A DNA stretch of 33,464 nucleotides from a virus (Duplodnaviria > Caudoviricetes): positions 1 through 33,464 of IMG/VR virus record IMGVR_UViG_3300032218_003828; one strand, 5' to 3'. Below, piece by piece: positions 26,901-33,464 of the stretch (position 1 is the first letter of the stretch; each line of letters opens with the position of its first letter). A program made the translations under genes and the position numbers. The notes beneath the pieces were generated by a model. The model saw nothing but the letters and a program-made list of their open reading frames with translations. It was not told the DNA's origin and made no database searches.

Positions 26901-28213
26901 GTAACGTTTTATCCAGCACTGCTCCAGTATTATTAAGTTCACCCTTAACATCTTCAAGTGCTTCAATTAGCATTGCGGTTGGAGACACCTCATCTTTTGC
27001 AACTTTCGAGGGAGCAAATGTTGGTACATCAAATCCAGGATATGTTTTAATTGAAAATGAAATTATTAAATATACTTCTGTCGGTAGCGGAACACTTGGT
27101 GCATCACCTGGAACATTATCGAGAGGTCAAGATTCGACAATTCAAAAAGATCATCCAATTGGTAGTCGAGTTTATAAGTATGAATTGAATGGAGTTTCTT
27201 TGAGAAGAATTAATACCACACACGATATTAGTGATGTAGATATTGATATTGATGGATATTATATTGAAATTGACAGAAGTTCGACAAACGGAAATACTGA
27301 TAGAAGTTCAGATAATGTTGGTGGAAATGGGTTACCACAATTATCATTTGCAAATAGTTCAACAATTGGAGAATCAAATGTTTTTGCTACAGAAAATATT
27401 CAATATGATGCAATTATTCCAACATACAATATTATGATTCCTGGCACATTCACTTCAACATCCGCATATGTTAGAACAACTAGTGGCACTAGTGTTGATG
27501 GAACAGAAGTTTCCTTCCAAGATATAGGATTTGAACCAGTTCAATTAAATAAATTAAATAAATTAAGTTCTACTAGAATTGTTTGCTCTAAAGTAAACGA
27601 ATCCACATATCTTAACAATTTGCCAAGAAATAAATCGTTTACTACAGGAATTATGTTAAACACAACTAATGAAAATCTATCTCCAGTAATTTATTCCGAT
27701 ACTGCATTTACAGAATTCCATAGTAATCGTTTAAATCAACCAGTTACCGATTATTTAAACGACAATAGAATTAATTCATTCACTCAGGATCCAAATGTAG
27801 CAGTCTATGTTTCAAACAGAGTTATACTGGCACAACCAGCATCTTCCCTCAAAGTCATATTTTCTGCATACAGACATTCTTCTGCCGACATTAGGGTACT
27901 GTACAGCCTTATAAGACCAGATTCTAGTGAAGTTGCTCAATCATTTGAACTATTTCCTGGATATGATAATTTAACAATTGATAGTAATCAGGATGGATAT
28001 CCAGATGTCATAAACCAATATAAAAATAGTGGAAAACCTGATGTATTTGTTCCTGCAAGTAATGAAAATGAGTTTCTGGAGTATCAATTTACACGTTATC
28101 CAGCATATGCTTTAGATTTGTTTTCTGGATATCAGATTAAAATTATTATGTCCGGAACTAATCAAGCACATCCTCCAAGAATCAAAGAACTTAGAACAAT
28201 TGCGATTAGATGA
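20975..28213 (+). CDS. vrlC: Large virion structural protein, VrlC-like (DUF4815-type), 2412 aa
   Basis: NLNISPYYDDF, VQARELTTLQSILQNQ, APGADRFKI, RTYDESGDY, RFKTGFFVDDF, DPLAQTF; this position after gp8 is typical of cyanomyoviruses. Confidence 0.8.
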   Translation: MAQKTNLNISPYYDDFDADNEFYKVLFNPGRPVQARELTTLQSILQNQVESFGSNIFKEGSMVIPGGVTYDSQFYAVKLNSTNYGVDISIYLKKLVGKKIIGQISGVTASVQYIQLPNGDEVEYPTIYVKYLNSNNDNSISTFNDGESLSATTDIIYGNTTITNGTSFATLITNNASSTGSAVSIADGVYFIRGYFTKVNRETIILDYYTNTPSYRVGLQIDEQIVTAKDDKSLYDNAKGFTNYAAPGADRFKISLSLTKKLLTDNANDTNFVELLRVGDGTINKIVTKTQYNIIRDYLAQRTYDESGDYVVDPFTFSLNNSLNNGLGNNGLFFSNEKTSEGNTPSDDLMCIKFSPGKAYVKGYDIEKTGTTIIDVEKPRDTETITTANIPFLMGNLIRINNVSGAPKIKGTIDLYDQRKNSTSSPNGTKIGDARVYTFNVTDASYSNAATNWDLYLYDIQTYTQITLNQSATTTELPATSFIKGKSSGASGYAVSAAGGSSIINLRQTSGSFIVGEQILINGLDTNSRTISSIKVYSAKDIKSLYQAADSPAGFPSAFLADAQLDKAIPGGLSALDMLAIASDGTATAGGKYFTGIATNSIIRYQRAGFSTETYNRVTSISATGTSMTLAGITSVSGICDGAVGITTGVPFTIGIAKIRKDKDGSLYAPLPNSNISSLNLNDSNLVVSQQITGETTDGSGVMTFNTSQITGITSVFFQPFDAERYSIHYSNSGIATLTSDQFSLSGNTVTISGLTASQSNVVVNTTVIKNGLQSKVKVYNRSKTLDITLSKYPQSGTGINTSINDGLTYNQFYGLRVQDEEICLNYPDVANVIAVYESLDTNAPLLDTITLSPTANVTANAIIGENILGNTSKAIARVVSKPSTDTLGIVFLNENKFSQFESVTFEESNIKTQIQSITYGKYKNITSNFTLDKGQKEQYYDYSKIIRNKSGQEPAKRLLVIFDYYSVSSSDSGDVFTVLSYSQERYQNDIPLIGPNKIRATDTLDFRPRVSVFSSTTSSPFDFSSRTSGFGSDPKLILSPNESCLIGYDYYLGRIDRIYLDKFGNLSVTKGISSSNPKEPPKNSDVMDLATITLPPYLYYPEDAQITIFDNRRYTMRDIGTIDNRVGNLEKVTSLSLLEVSTQTLQVQDANGLNRFKTGFFVDDFKNTSLIDFNFSSIQVDEELQELIPIISKNTLKSQIAPAQSYTDETLQLKGNFNLLDPNVQKTGNQITLKYSEVGWIEQPLATQVENVNPFHVISYSGTVQLSPSNDNWIRTIRLEDQLIDLGTKKVSTNGGWGRYGGSKTTYTSKDILVSSTSELYMRSRNTEFSANNLKPLTSFYQFFDGNSAVDFIPKLVEIATDSTLQTYGASSAFQVGETVIGYAQFGSEYTKKIIQFRVASANHKYGLFNNPTKTYNINPYIRTENLSSSYSSSSKVLNIDTYSLSEEAQGKYSGYLTKGMQLVGQTSGAVAYVKDLRLISDNYGDLIGTFFLKDPNTNPPPIVRIKTGTKTYRLSSSSTNALPLPGSKLISAAENTYRSNGVLEIKQLNTYKLTTEYYYDPLAQTFTVGGNIGQAPYATGSSEDNYGCFLTAVDLFFANKDSGNCPVNVEIRTVELGTPTRNVLGKSKQLTPNEVNIPTDIVRDEKNNVVSLTPIATKVTFDEPIFLEPGQQYAIVILAPQSNEYELLIAEMDKLTVNTKSLPNAEAVKYTQQFAVGRLYKSQNGSEWTPNDYQDLMFKLYKAKFTATTGTATFYNPTLDESNGYVQNLNNNPITTFARNYTLGITTTTNSTLIGILTTGRKISEGTKTYNYGYIVGTGSSVASVGITTGGSGYTNQSNVSTYAITGNGSGLTLNITTTNNTITGITAVSRGNGYAVGDVIGIVTSSAGNTGRDAKITISAITGLDTLYLSGVQGQSFTDGASLVYYDDSGNRQSLTTSITRRSSPTNQYEGKYARVSHFDHGMYAANNKLTISNVLSSTAPVLLSSPLTSSSASISIAVGDTSSFATFEGANVGTSNPGYVLIENEIIKYTSVGSGTLGASPGTLSRGQDSTIQKDHPIGSRVYKYELNGVSLRRINTTHDISDVDIDIDGYYIEIDRSSTNGNTDRSSDNVGGNGLPQLSFANSSTIGESNVFATENIQYDAIIPTYNIMIPGTFTSTSAYVRTTSGTSVDGTEVSFQDIGFEPVQLNKLNKLSSTRIVCSKVNESTYLNNLPRNKSFTTGIMLNTTNENLSPVIYSDTAFTEFHSNRLNQPVTDYLNDNRINSFTQDPNVAVYVSNRVILAQPASSLKVIFSAYRHSSADIRVLYSLIRPDSSEVAQSFELFPGYDNLTIDSNQDGYPDVINQYKNSGKPDVFVPASNENEFLEYQFTRYPAYALDLFSGYQIKIIMSGTNQAHPPRIKELRTIAIR

Positions 28214-28419
28214 TGATACCAGTTCAAGGGCACCCAAATCTTTATAGAGATGAAAAATCCGGAGCTATAGTAAATTGCGATAATTTATCATATAATCAAT
28301 ATGTAAATTCATTACATAATCGAGAAACTCAAAAAAAGGAAATTGATAATCTAAAAAATGAAATTTCAGAAATAAAAAATTTATTAAAACAATTATTAGA
28401 AAAAAATGGATCCATCTAA
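28210..28419 (+). CDS. Small conserved protein with a C-terminal coiled coil
   Basis: VQGHPNLYRDEKSGAIVN followed by heptad-like EIDNLKNEISEIKNLLKQLL; ATGA overlap with the upstream gene. Confidence 0.8.
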   Translation: MMIPVQGHPNLYRDEKSGAIVNCDNLSYNQYVNSLHNRETQKKEIDNLKNEISEIKNLLKQLLEKNGSI

Positions 28420-28576
28420 AATTAATTTAACTAATGTAACGAAACTCTTTGAATATGAAAAAATATCCCGAGAGATTGATCAATGTGATGATATTGATAC
28501 GTTAAAAAATATTTCAAAATCATATGTAAAACTTTATTTTGCTCAACAGGAAACCATATTACAATTGAATATTTGA
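28406..28576 (+). CDS. Small helical protein (56 aa), possibly NblA-like; absent from the ORF track
   Basis: MDPSKINLTNVTKLFEYEKISREIDQCDDIDTLKNISKSYVKLYFAQQETILQLNI*. The CDS is well supported by gene packing; the NblA resemblance is weak. Confidence 0.65.
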   Translation: MDPSKINLTNVTKLFEYEKISREIDQCDDIDTLKNISKSYVKLYFAQQETILQLNI

Positions 28577-28582
28577 TTCAAA

Positions 28583-28590
28583 TATAAATA
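28583..28590 (+). promoter_or_regulatory. T4 late promoter (perfect consensus)
   Basis: TATAAATA upstream of ATG 28614. Confidence 0.8.
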
Positions 28591-28613
28591 AAAAGTAGGT
28601 AAAAAAAAAATAA

Positions 28614-28958
28614 ATGGCAGCTGTATATGTTAGTAACATAGTAATTAATATAGGAGCGGATTTTAGGCAAACTTTCGTTCTGGAAGCATCTACTACAAAT
28701 TCTGCATTCGATTTGACTAACTATACAATAACAGCGCAGATGAGAAAATGGTCTGGTAGTTCAACATCAACATCTTTTACAACTGAAATATCAAACCCAC
28801 CAACAAGTGGAACAATAGTTTTATCTTTAACGAGTACTCAAACATCAAGTTTAAAACCTGGAAGATACGTTTATGATGTTATAGTTACTGATCAATCTTC
28901 ATATAAAACTAGGGTTATTGAAGGTATGGTTCTTGTAAGAGAAGGGGTTACTCGATAA
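28614..28958 (+). CDS. Putative virion structural protein, beta-sandwich (BppU N-terminal-like)
   Basis: FDLTNYTITAQMRK, GTIVLSLTSTQTSSLKPGRYVYDV, RVIEGMVLV; follows a late promoter. Confidence 0.7.
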   Translation: MAAVYVSNIVINIGADFRQTFVLEASTTNSAFDLTNYTITAQMRKWSGSSTSTSFTTEISNPPTSGTIVLSLTSTQTSSLKPGRYVYDVIVTDQSSYKTRVIEGMVLVREGVTR

Positions 28959-29161
28959 TGTCTGATATAAGAGTTAGGGTAGGTCAAGAAAATGCAATAA
29001 AAGTTGTTTCTAGCATCTCTGGATCTAGCAATGCTATCAATGTAATTGGAGGAATTGCATCCGTAACTCAATTAAATGTGAGTGGGATATCATCTTTTAA
29101 TGGAGATGTATTTGTCAATGGAAATTTTTTTGCTACTGAAATAAATGGAGGATCTTACTAA
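28958..29161 (+). CDS. Very short fibre-like protein (67 aa)
   Basis: Contains the fibre-type repeat GGIASVTQLNVSGISSF and ends INGGSY; TAATG-coupled on both sides. Confidence 0.65.
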   Translation: MSDIRVRVGQENAIKVVSSISGSSNAINVIGGIASVTQLNVSGISSFNGDVFVNGNFFATEINGGSY

Positions 29162-30003
29162 TGGCCAAACCAGCAAGTCGTCAAGAACTTATAGATTATT
29201 GCCTAAGGCGTCTAGGTGCTCCAGTATTAGAAATTAATGTCGATGACGATCAAATAGATGATTTAGTTGACGATGCCCTACAATATTTCCAAGAGAGACA
29301 CTTCGATGGCGTTGAAAGAATGTATCTCAAATACAAGATAACACAGGCAGATATAGATAGAGGACATGCACAAGGAACAAATGGAGTTGGGATAGTAACT
29401 ACCACCGGATCTGCAAACATTAGTGGAATTGGTACTACAAATTTTAATTTTTATGAAACTTCTAATTTTATTCAAATCCCAGATTCGGTAATTGGAATTG
29501 AAAAAGTGTATAAATTTGATACTAGCGATATTTCTGGAGGAATGTTTAGTATCAAATATCAACTATTCCTAAATGATCTTTATTATTTTAATTCTGTTGA
29601 ACTTTTACAATATGCTATGGTTAAGTCATATTTGGAAGATATTGATTTTCTTTTAAAAACTGATAAACAAATTAGGTTTAATAAAAGACAAAATAGAATG
29701 TACTTGGACATCGACTGGCAAACTCAAAAAGTTGATACATTTTTTATCATTGATTGTTATCGAATTTTAGATCCTAACAATTTCACTAAAGTATATAACG
29801 ACAGCTTTCTTAAAAAATACCTTACTTCTTTAATTAAAAGGCAATGGGGACAAAATCTCATCAAATTTAGAGGTGTTAAATTGCCTGGTGGAGTTGAACT
29901 TAACGGAAGAGAAATTTACGAAGATGCTGAGCGAGAATTAGAAGCATTGAAGGAAAGAATGGCAATGGAATACGAATTACCACCTTATGACTTTATTGGA
30001 TAA
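29161..30003 (+). CDS. gp13: Neck protein gp13
   Basis: LIDYCLRRLGAPVLEINV, QWGQNLIKF.GV.LPGGVELNG motifs. Confidence 0.95.
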   Translation: MAKPASRQELIDYCLRRLGAPVLEINVDDDQIDDLVDDALQYFQERHFDGVERMYLKYKITQADIDRGHAQGTNGVGIVTTTGSANISGIGTTNFNFYETSNFIQIPDSVIGIEKVYKFDTSDISGGMFSIKYQLFLNDLYYFNSVELLQYAMVKSYLEDIDFLLKTDKQIRFNKRQNRMYLDIDWQTQKVDTFFIIDCYRILDPNNFTKVYNDSFLKKYLTSLIKRQWGQNLIKFRGVKLPGGVELNGREIYEDAERELEALKERMAMEYELPPYDFIG

Positions 30004-31406
30004 TGGCACTTAATCCCTTCTTTTTACAAGGATCAGCAAGCGAACAGAGACTCATTCAAGAGTTGATTAATGAGCAATTGAAAATTTATGGAATGGACAT
30101 ATCATATATTCCAAGAAAATTTGTTCGAAAAGAAACTATTTTACGTGAAGTCACATCATCGAAATTCACCGACAATTATTCTTTGGAGGCATATGTTAGT
30201 ACTTATGAAGGATACGGTGGTTCTGGAGATATTCTAACAAAATTTGGAATGAGTTTAAGGGATGAACTCACATTGATCATTTCTAAAGAAAGATTTGAAG
30301 ATTTTATATCTCCATTTTTGGCAGGTCAAGAGAATGATGGGGGAATAACAGTATCAACTAGACCAAGAGAGGGTGATATTATCTATTTTCCACTTGGTAA
30401 AAGATTATTTGAGGTGAAATTTGTCGAGCATGAAAAACCATTTTATCAGTTAGGAAAAACGTATGTCTATGAATTAAAATGCGAACTCTTTGAACTTGAA
30501 GATGAAGTTGGTGGTTGGGATGATATTAATGCTGTGACAGAAGACATAGATTCTACACTAGAAACTCAAGGTTATATAACTTCGTTACAATTGTTTGCAA
30601 GTGGACAAGTTGCAACTGCAAGTTGTGGTATTCGTAGTGGATACATTAGAAGTGTAATCTTGAATAATGATGGTTATGATTATGTTGGGATTCCTACAGT
30701 ATCATTTACACCTGCTCCTGCTGGAGGCACGACAGCTTCTGCAGTTGCAATAACTTCTTGTATTGGAGGAGTTTGTTCAATCAAAGAAATTTTATTAGTT
30801 AATCCCGGATCGGGGTATATTGAAGAGCCATCTATTACAATTTATGGGAATGGTAGTGGAGCCGGTGCTGCAGCGACTTGTATTTTAGTTAAAGATTTTT
30901 ATGGAATAGGACCTATTGGTATTACAACAGTTGGTGGTGGATATGTAAATCCACCGACAATTACATTTACACCACCAACTGTTGGATCAGCAGTAACAGC
31001 AAGGGCTAGATGTATTGTCAGTGCTGGTGGAAGTATATCACAAATTCTCATTCAAGATGCGGGGATAGGATATACTTCACCTCCAAATATAACTATAGAT
31101 CCTCCACCATTAATAACTGGAATTGGAACTTATATATTCAATGAAGTTGTAACTGGATCAACCTCAGGAACAAAATCTAGAGTTAAAACATGGTATCAAG
31201 ATGATAAAATACTTAAAGTTGGGGTTATTGATGGTGCATTTATTTCAGGAGAAATTATTGTTGGATCTGCATCATCTGCAAGATATACACTAAAAAATAT
31301 ATCACAAAGTGAATTTACAGATAAATATGAACAAAACGATGAAATTGAAAGTGAGGCAGATCTCATTATCGATTTCTCAGAATCAAATCCATTTGGAAAT
31401 TACTAA
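30003..31406 (+). CDS. gp14: Neck protein gp14 with an internal repeat insertion
   Basis: NPFF, YIPRK, RPREGDIIYFP, FEVKFVEHEKPFYQLGK, C-terminal DFSESNPFG. Confidence 0.92.
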   Translation: MALNPFFLQGSASEQRLIQELINEQLKIYGMDISYIPRKFVRKETILREVTSSKFTDNYSLEAYVSTYEGYGGSGDILTKFGMSLRDELTLIISKERFEDFISPFLAGQENDGGITVSTRPREGDIIYFPLGKRLFEVKFVEHEKPFYQLGKTYVYELKCELFELEDEVGGWDDINAVTEDIDSTLETQGYITSLQLFASGQVATASCGIRSGYIRSVILNNDGYDYVGIPTVSFTPAPAGGTTASAVAITSCIGGVCSIKEILLVNPGSGYIEEPSITIYGNGSGAGAAATCILVKDFYGIGPIGITTVGGGYVNPPTITFTPPTVGSAVTARARCIVSAGGSISQILIQDAGIGYTSPPNITIDPPPLITGIGTYIFNEVVTGSTSGTKSRVKTWYQDDKILKVGVIDGAFISGEIIVGSASSARYTLKNISQSEFTDKYEQNDEIESEADLIIDFSESNPFGNY

Positions 31407-32203
31407 TGTTAGGAACATACTATTATCATCATATTATAAGAAAAACAATTATTGCTTTCGGTACGATTTTTAATCAAATTTATATTAAACATCAAGACGG
31501 AGATGATAATACATATAGTGAAATGAGAGTTCCGTTGGCATATGGTCCAACACAAAAATTCTTAGCAAGATTAGAGCAGCAAGCGGATTTAAATAAACCA
31601 GTCCAAATTACTTTACCAAGAATGTCATTCGAAATGACTTCTATTCAATATGATGCAACTAGAAAAGCAGGAGTAACACAAACATTTAAAGCTTCTGACG
31701 GAACAAATTTAAAAAAAGTTTATATGCCTGTTCCATACAATATTGGATTTGAATTAAATATATTGACAAAATTAAATGATGATGCCCTTCAAATAGTTGA
31801 ACAGATTTTACCATATTTTCAACCAGCATTTACGCTAACTGTGGATCTTGTAGATTCAATTGGAGAAAAAAGAGATATACCACTTAACTTAGATAATGTA
31901 TCTTTTCAAGATGATTATGAGGGAGATTTTTCCACAAGAAGATCATTAATTTATACTTTAAATTTTACTGCTAAAACATATCTTTTTGGTCCTGTTGCTG
32001 ATACTACGGATGGTCTTATCCGTAAGGTTCAAGTTGATTATTATTCTAGCACAGATACTGCAACTGCCAAGAGAGAGATGAGATACACTGTGGTTCCAGA
32101 TCCAATCGATGCTGGTCCTGCGGATGATTTTGGATTTAGTGAAACATTAGATTTCTTCCAAGATTCCAAGTCATATAGCCCAACTCAACAAAAAGATCTT
32201 TGA
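31406..32203 (+). CDS. gp15: Tail sheath stabiliser / tail completion protein gp15
   Basis: YYYH..IRKTIIAFGTIFN, VPLAYGP, LPRMSFE, QIVEQILPYFQP motifs. Confidence 0.95.
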   Translation: MLGTYYYHHIIRKTIIAFGTIFNQIYIKHQDGDDNTYSEMRVPLAYGPTQKFLARLEQQADLNKPVQITLPRMSFEMTSIQYDATRKAGVTQTFKASDGTNLKKVYMPVPYNIGFELNILTKLNDDALQIVEQILPYFQPAFTLTVDLVDSIGEKRDIPLNLDNVSFQDDYEGDFSTRRSLIYTLNFTAKTYLFGPVADTTDGLIRKVQVDYYSSTDTATAKREMRYTVVPDPIDAGPADDFGFSETLDFFQDSKSYSPTQQKDL

Positions 32204-32213
32204 TAGGTAAATT

Positions 32214-32633
32214 ATGTCAAATTATGATGCGATAAACAAAGTATTGAATACTGAAAGTAATATTGTGAGTGCCGATTTAAAATCTTCCGAAATTGAAGTC
32301 ATAAATCCAACAGATAATGATATTAGAAAAGATTATGAATATACTAGAGCAAATTTATATTCATTAATTGAAAAGGGACAAGAGGCAATTAATGGAATTA
32401 TGGAACTTGCAGGAGAAGGTGGTTCTCCAAGAGCATATGAAGTTGCAGGACAATTAATTAAAAGTGTCGCTGATACTACAGATAAATTGATTGATCTTCA
32501 AAAGAAACTTAAAGAAGTAGAGGAAGATACCGCAAAAACAACAAATAACGTTACTAACAATGCAGTATTTGTTGGGTCTACTACTGAATTGCAAAAATTA
32601 CTTAAACAAGGTTTTCTAAATAATAAAGAGTAA
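32214..32633 (+). CDS. gp16: Terminase small subunit gp16
   Basis: DYEYTRANLY, SPRAYEVAGQLIK, NNAVFVGSTTELQK; follows gp15. Confidence 0.92.
   Translation: MSNYDAINKVLNTESNIVSADLKSSEIEVINPTDNDIRKDYEYTRANLYSLIEKGQEAINGIMELAGEGGSPRAYEVAGQLIKSVADTTDKLIDLQKKLKEVEEDTAKTTNNVTNNAVFVGSTTELQKLLKQGFLNNKE
32617..32622 (+). promoter_or_regulatory. Late promoter core candidate
   Basis: TAAATA in the gp16 3' end, 24 nt upstream of TTG 32647. Confidence 0.5.
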
Positions 32634-32646
32634 AAGTTAGAAAACC

Positions 32647-33464
32647 TTGGATCAACTAAAACCTCATAAATCTGTTGAACAGATTGCAAAGAAGCATCGT
32701 CTTGAGGTTTCCTTTGTGAAAAATCAACTTAAAATGGGTATTCCTATTGAACATGAGCATACCAAAGATAAGGTTTTAGCAACTGATATTGCTTTGCAAC
32801 ATTTAGATGAAATTCCAGATTATTATACTCGGTTGAAAAAAATGGAAGCATCTGCTAAAAAAGAACATAATAAATTTAAAGATGTGAAGGAAGATGCTGT
32901 ACTAGATCTACAAAAAGGTCTTACAGAATTAGAAGATGCTTCATATGATTCTGTGGATAGTTTGATGAAGCGTATTATGAAGAAAAGAGGGTTGACTGCA
33001 AAACAACTTCATAATCGATTTGTAAGTAGAAATAATAAAACTCCAGACGCTTGGATTAAAGACCAAAAGATGAAGGAAGAAATGGAAACTCAAAAGTTCT
33101 GCAAATTGTGCCGTAAAGTTGAAAGTAAGGATGAATGTAAGTATGGTCCTGAAATGTGGGATAAGTATACTAGACCAGAAGTATTGGGACAAAATCAAAT
33201 CAAATATAATACTAATAGACCTCATCCAGCAAACGAGAATGTAACGATTGAGGATGCAAACGGAAATACTTTTATAGAAATTGTTGATTTGATTAAACCA
33301 GAACCTTTGGTCAAAGAAGAAACTGCATCTGGAGATGAATCTCTTCACGATTGGTTTGCAAAATCAAGTGGAACAAATCCTAAAACAGGAAGAAAAGTAA
33401 AAGGATGGCCTCAAATAGGAGGTAAGTTTGCAGGTGCTCCTTGTGCTCGTCAGCCAGGACAAAC
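32647..33464 (+). CDS. 3'-truncated modular protein with an N-terminal DUF5661-like domain; absent from the ORF track
   Basis: Open from TTG 32647 to the window end: (M)DQLKPHKSVEQIAKKH...QLKMGIPIEHEHTKDKVLATDIALQHLDEIPDYYTRLKKME...FCKLCRK...SLHDWF... Confidence 0.8.
   Translation, partial: MDQLKPHKSVEQIAKKHRLEVSFVKNQLKMGIPIEHEHTKDKVLATDIALQHLDEIPDYYTRLKKMEASAKKEHNKFKDVKEDAVLDLQKGLTELEDASYDSVDSLMKRIMKKRGLTAKQLHNRFVSRNNKTPDAWIKDQKMKEEMETQKFCKLCRKVESKDECKYGPEMWDKYTRPEVLGQNQIKYNTNRPHPANENVTIEDANGNTFIEIVDLIKPEPLVKEETASGDESLHDWFAKSSGTNPKTGRKVKGWPQIGGKFAGAPCARQPGQ

Noticed and set aside
7579-27437. Short + strand alternative-frame ORFs (7579, 10453, 11764, 27243)
   Set aside because: Nested out of frame in large structural genes, with Leu/Ile/Gln-rich composition typical of frame-shifted AT-rich codons.
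28601-28610. A10 homopolymer as a phase-variation tract
   Set aside because: It is intergenic, downstream of the late promoter in AT-rich DNA; a length change would not shift a reading frame.
701-33348. Minus-strand ORFs in the track (e.g. 701..958, 1263..1691, 10250..10609, 25735..26061, 32941..33348)
   Set aside because: All lie antisense to well-supported + strand genes and have no recognisable motifs; treated as shadow ORFs.
1-33464. tRNA, CRISPR array, intron/intein, homing endonuclease, diversity-generating retroelement, stop-codon recoding
   Set aside because: By eye I saw no cloverleaf, repeat-spacer array, reverse transcriptase, or endonuclease or intein motifs. Long ORFs translate intact with the standard code, and TAA, TGA and TAG all serve as stops.

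Overview
Fragment of a T4-like cyanophage (myovirus) genome, with all credible genes on the + strand and three zones. (1) 1-~1865: GC-richer (roughly 45-50% by eye from sampled lines) cluster of small hypothetical genes, probably early genes. They have sigma70-like promoters preceded by a repeated palindromic box, and G-poor leaders without Shine-Dalgarno (SD) sequences. (2) ~1800-4505: a palindrome- and repeat-rich junction where GC drops, followed by an accessory cassette: AbrB/MazE-like small protein, GT-A glycosyltransferase-like gene, two small proteins, a divergent ATP-grasp-like protein, a pyruvoyl-dependent SpeD-family decarboxylase, and a small gene with a structured leader. (3) 4531-end: AT-rich (about 30% GC by eye) late structural block: gp25, gp6, a 4177-aa gp7-like wedge protein, gp8, a VrlC-like protein, small ORFs (one possibly NblA-like, one mini-fibre), gp13, gp14, gp15, gp16 and a truncated DUF5661-like modular protein. 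The best candidates for undescribed biology are the ATP-grasp plus SpeD-family (plus glycosyltransferase and peptides) cassette, the GC junction beside the AbrB-like gene, and the small structured RNA elements. All family calls come from motif recognition, not database searches.
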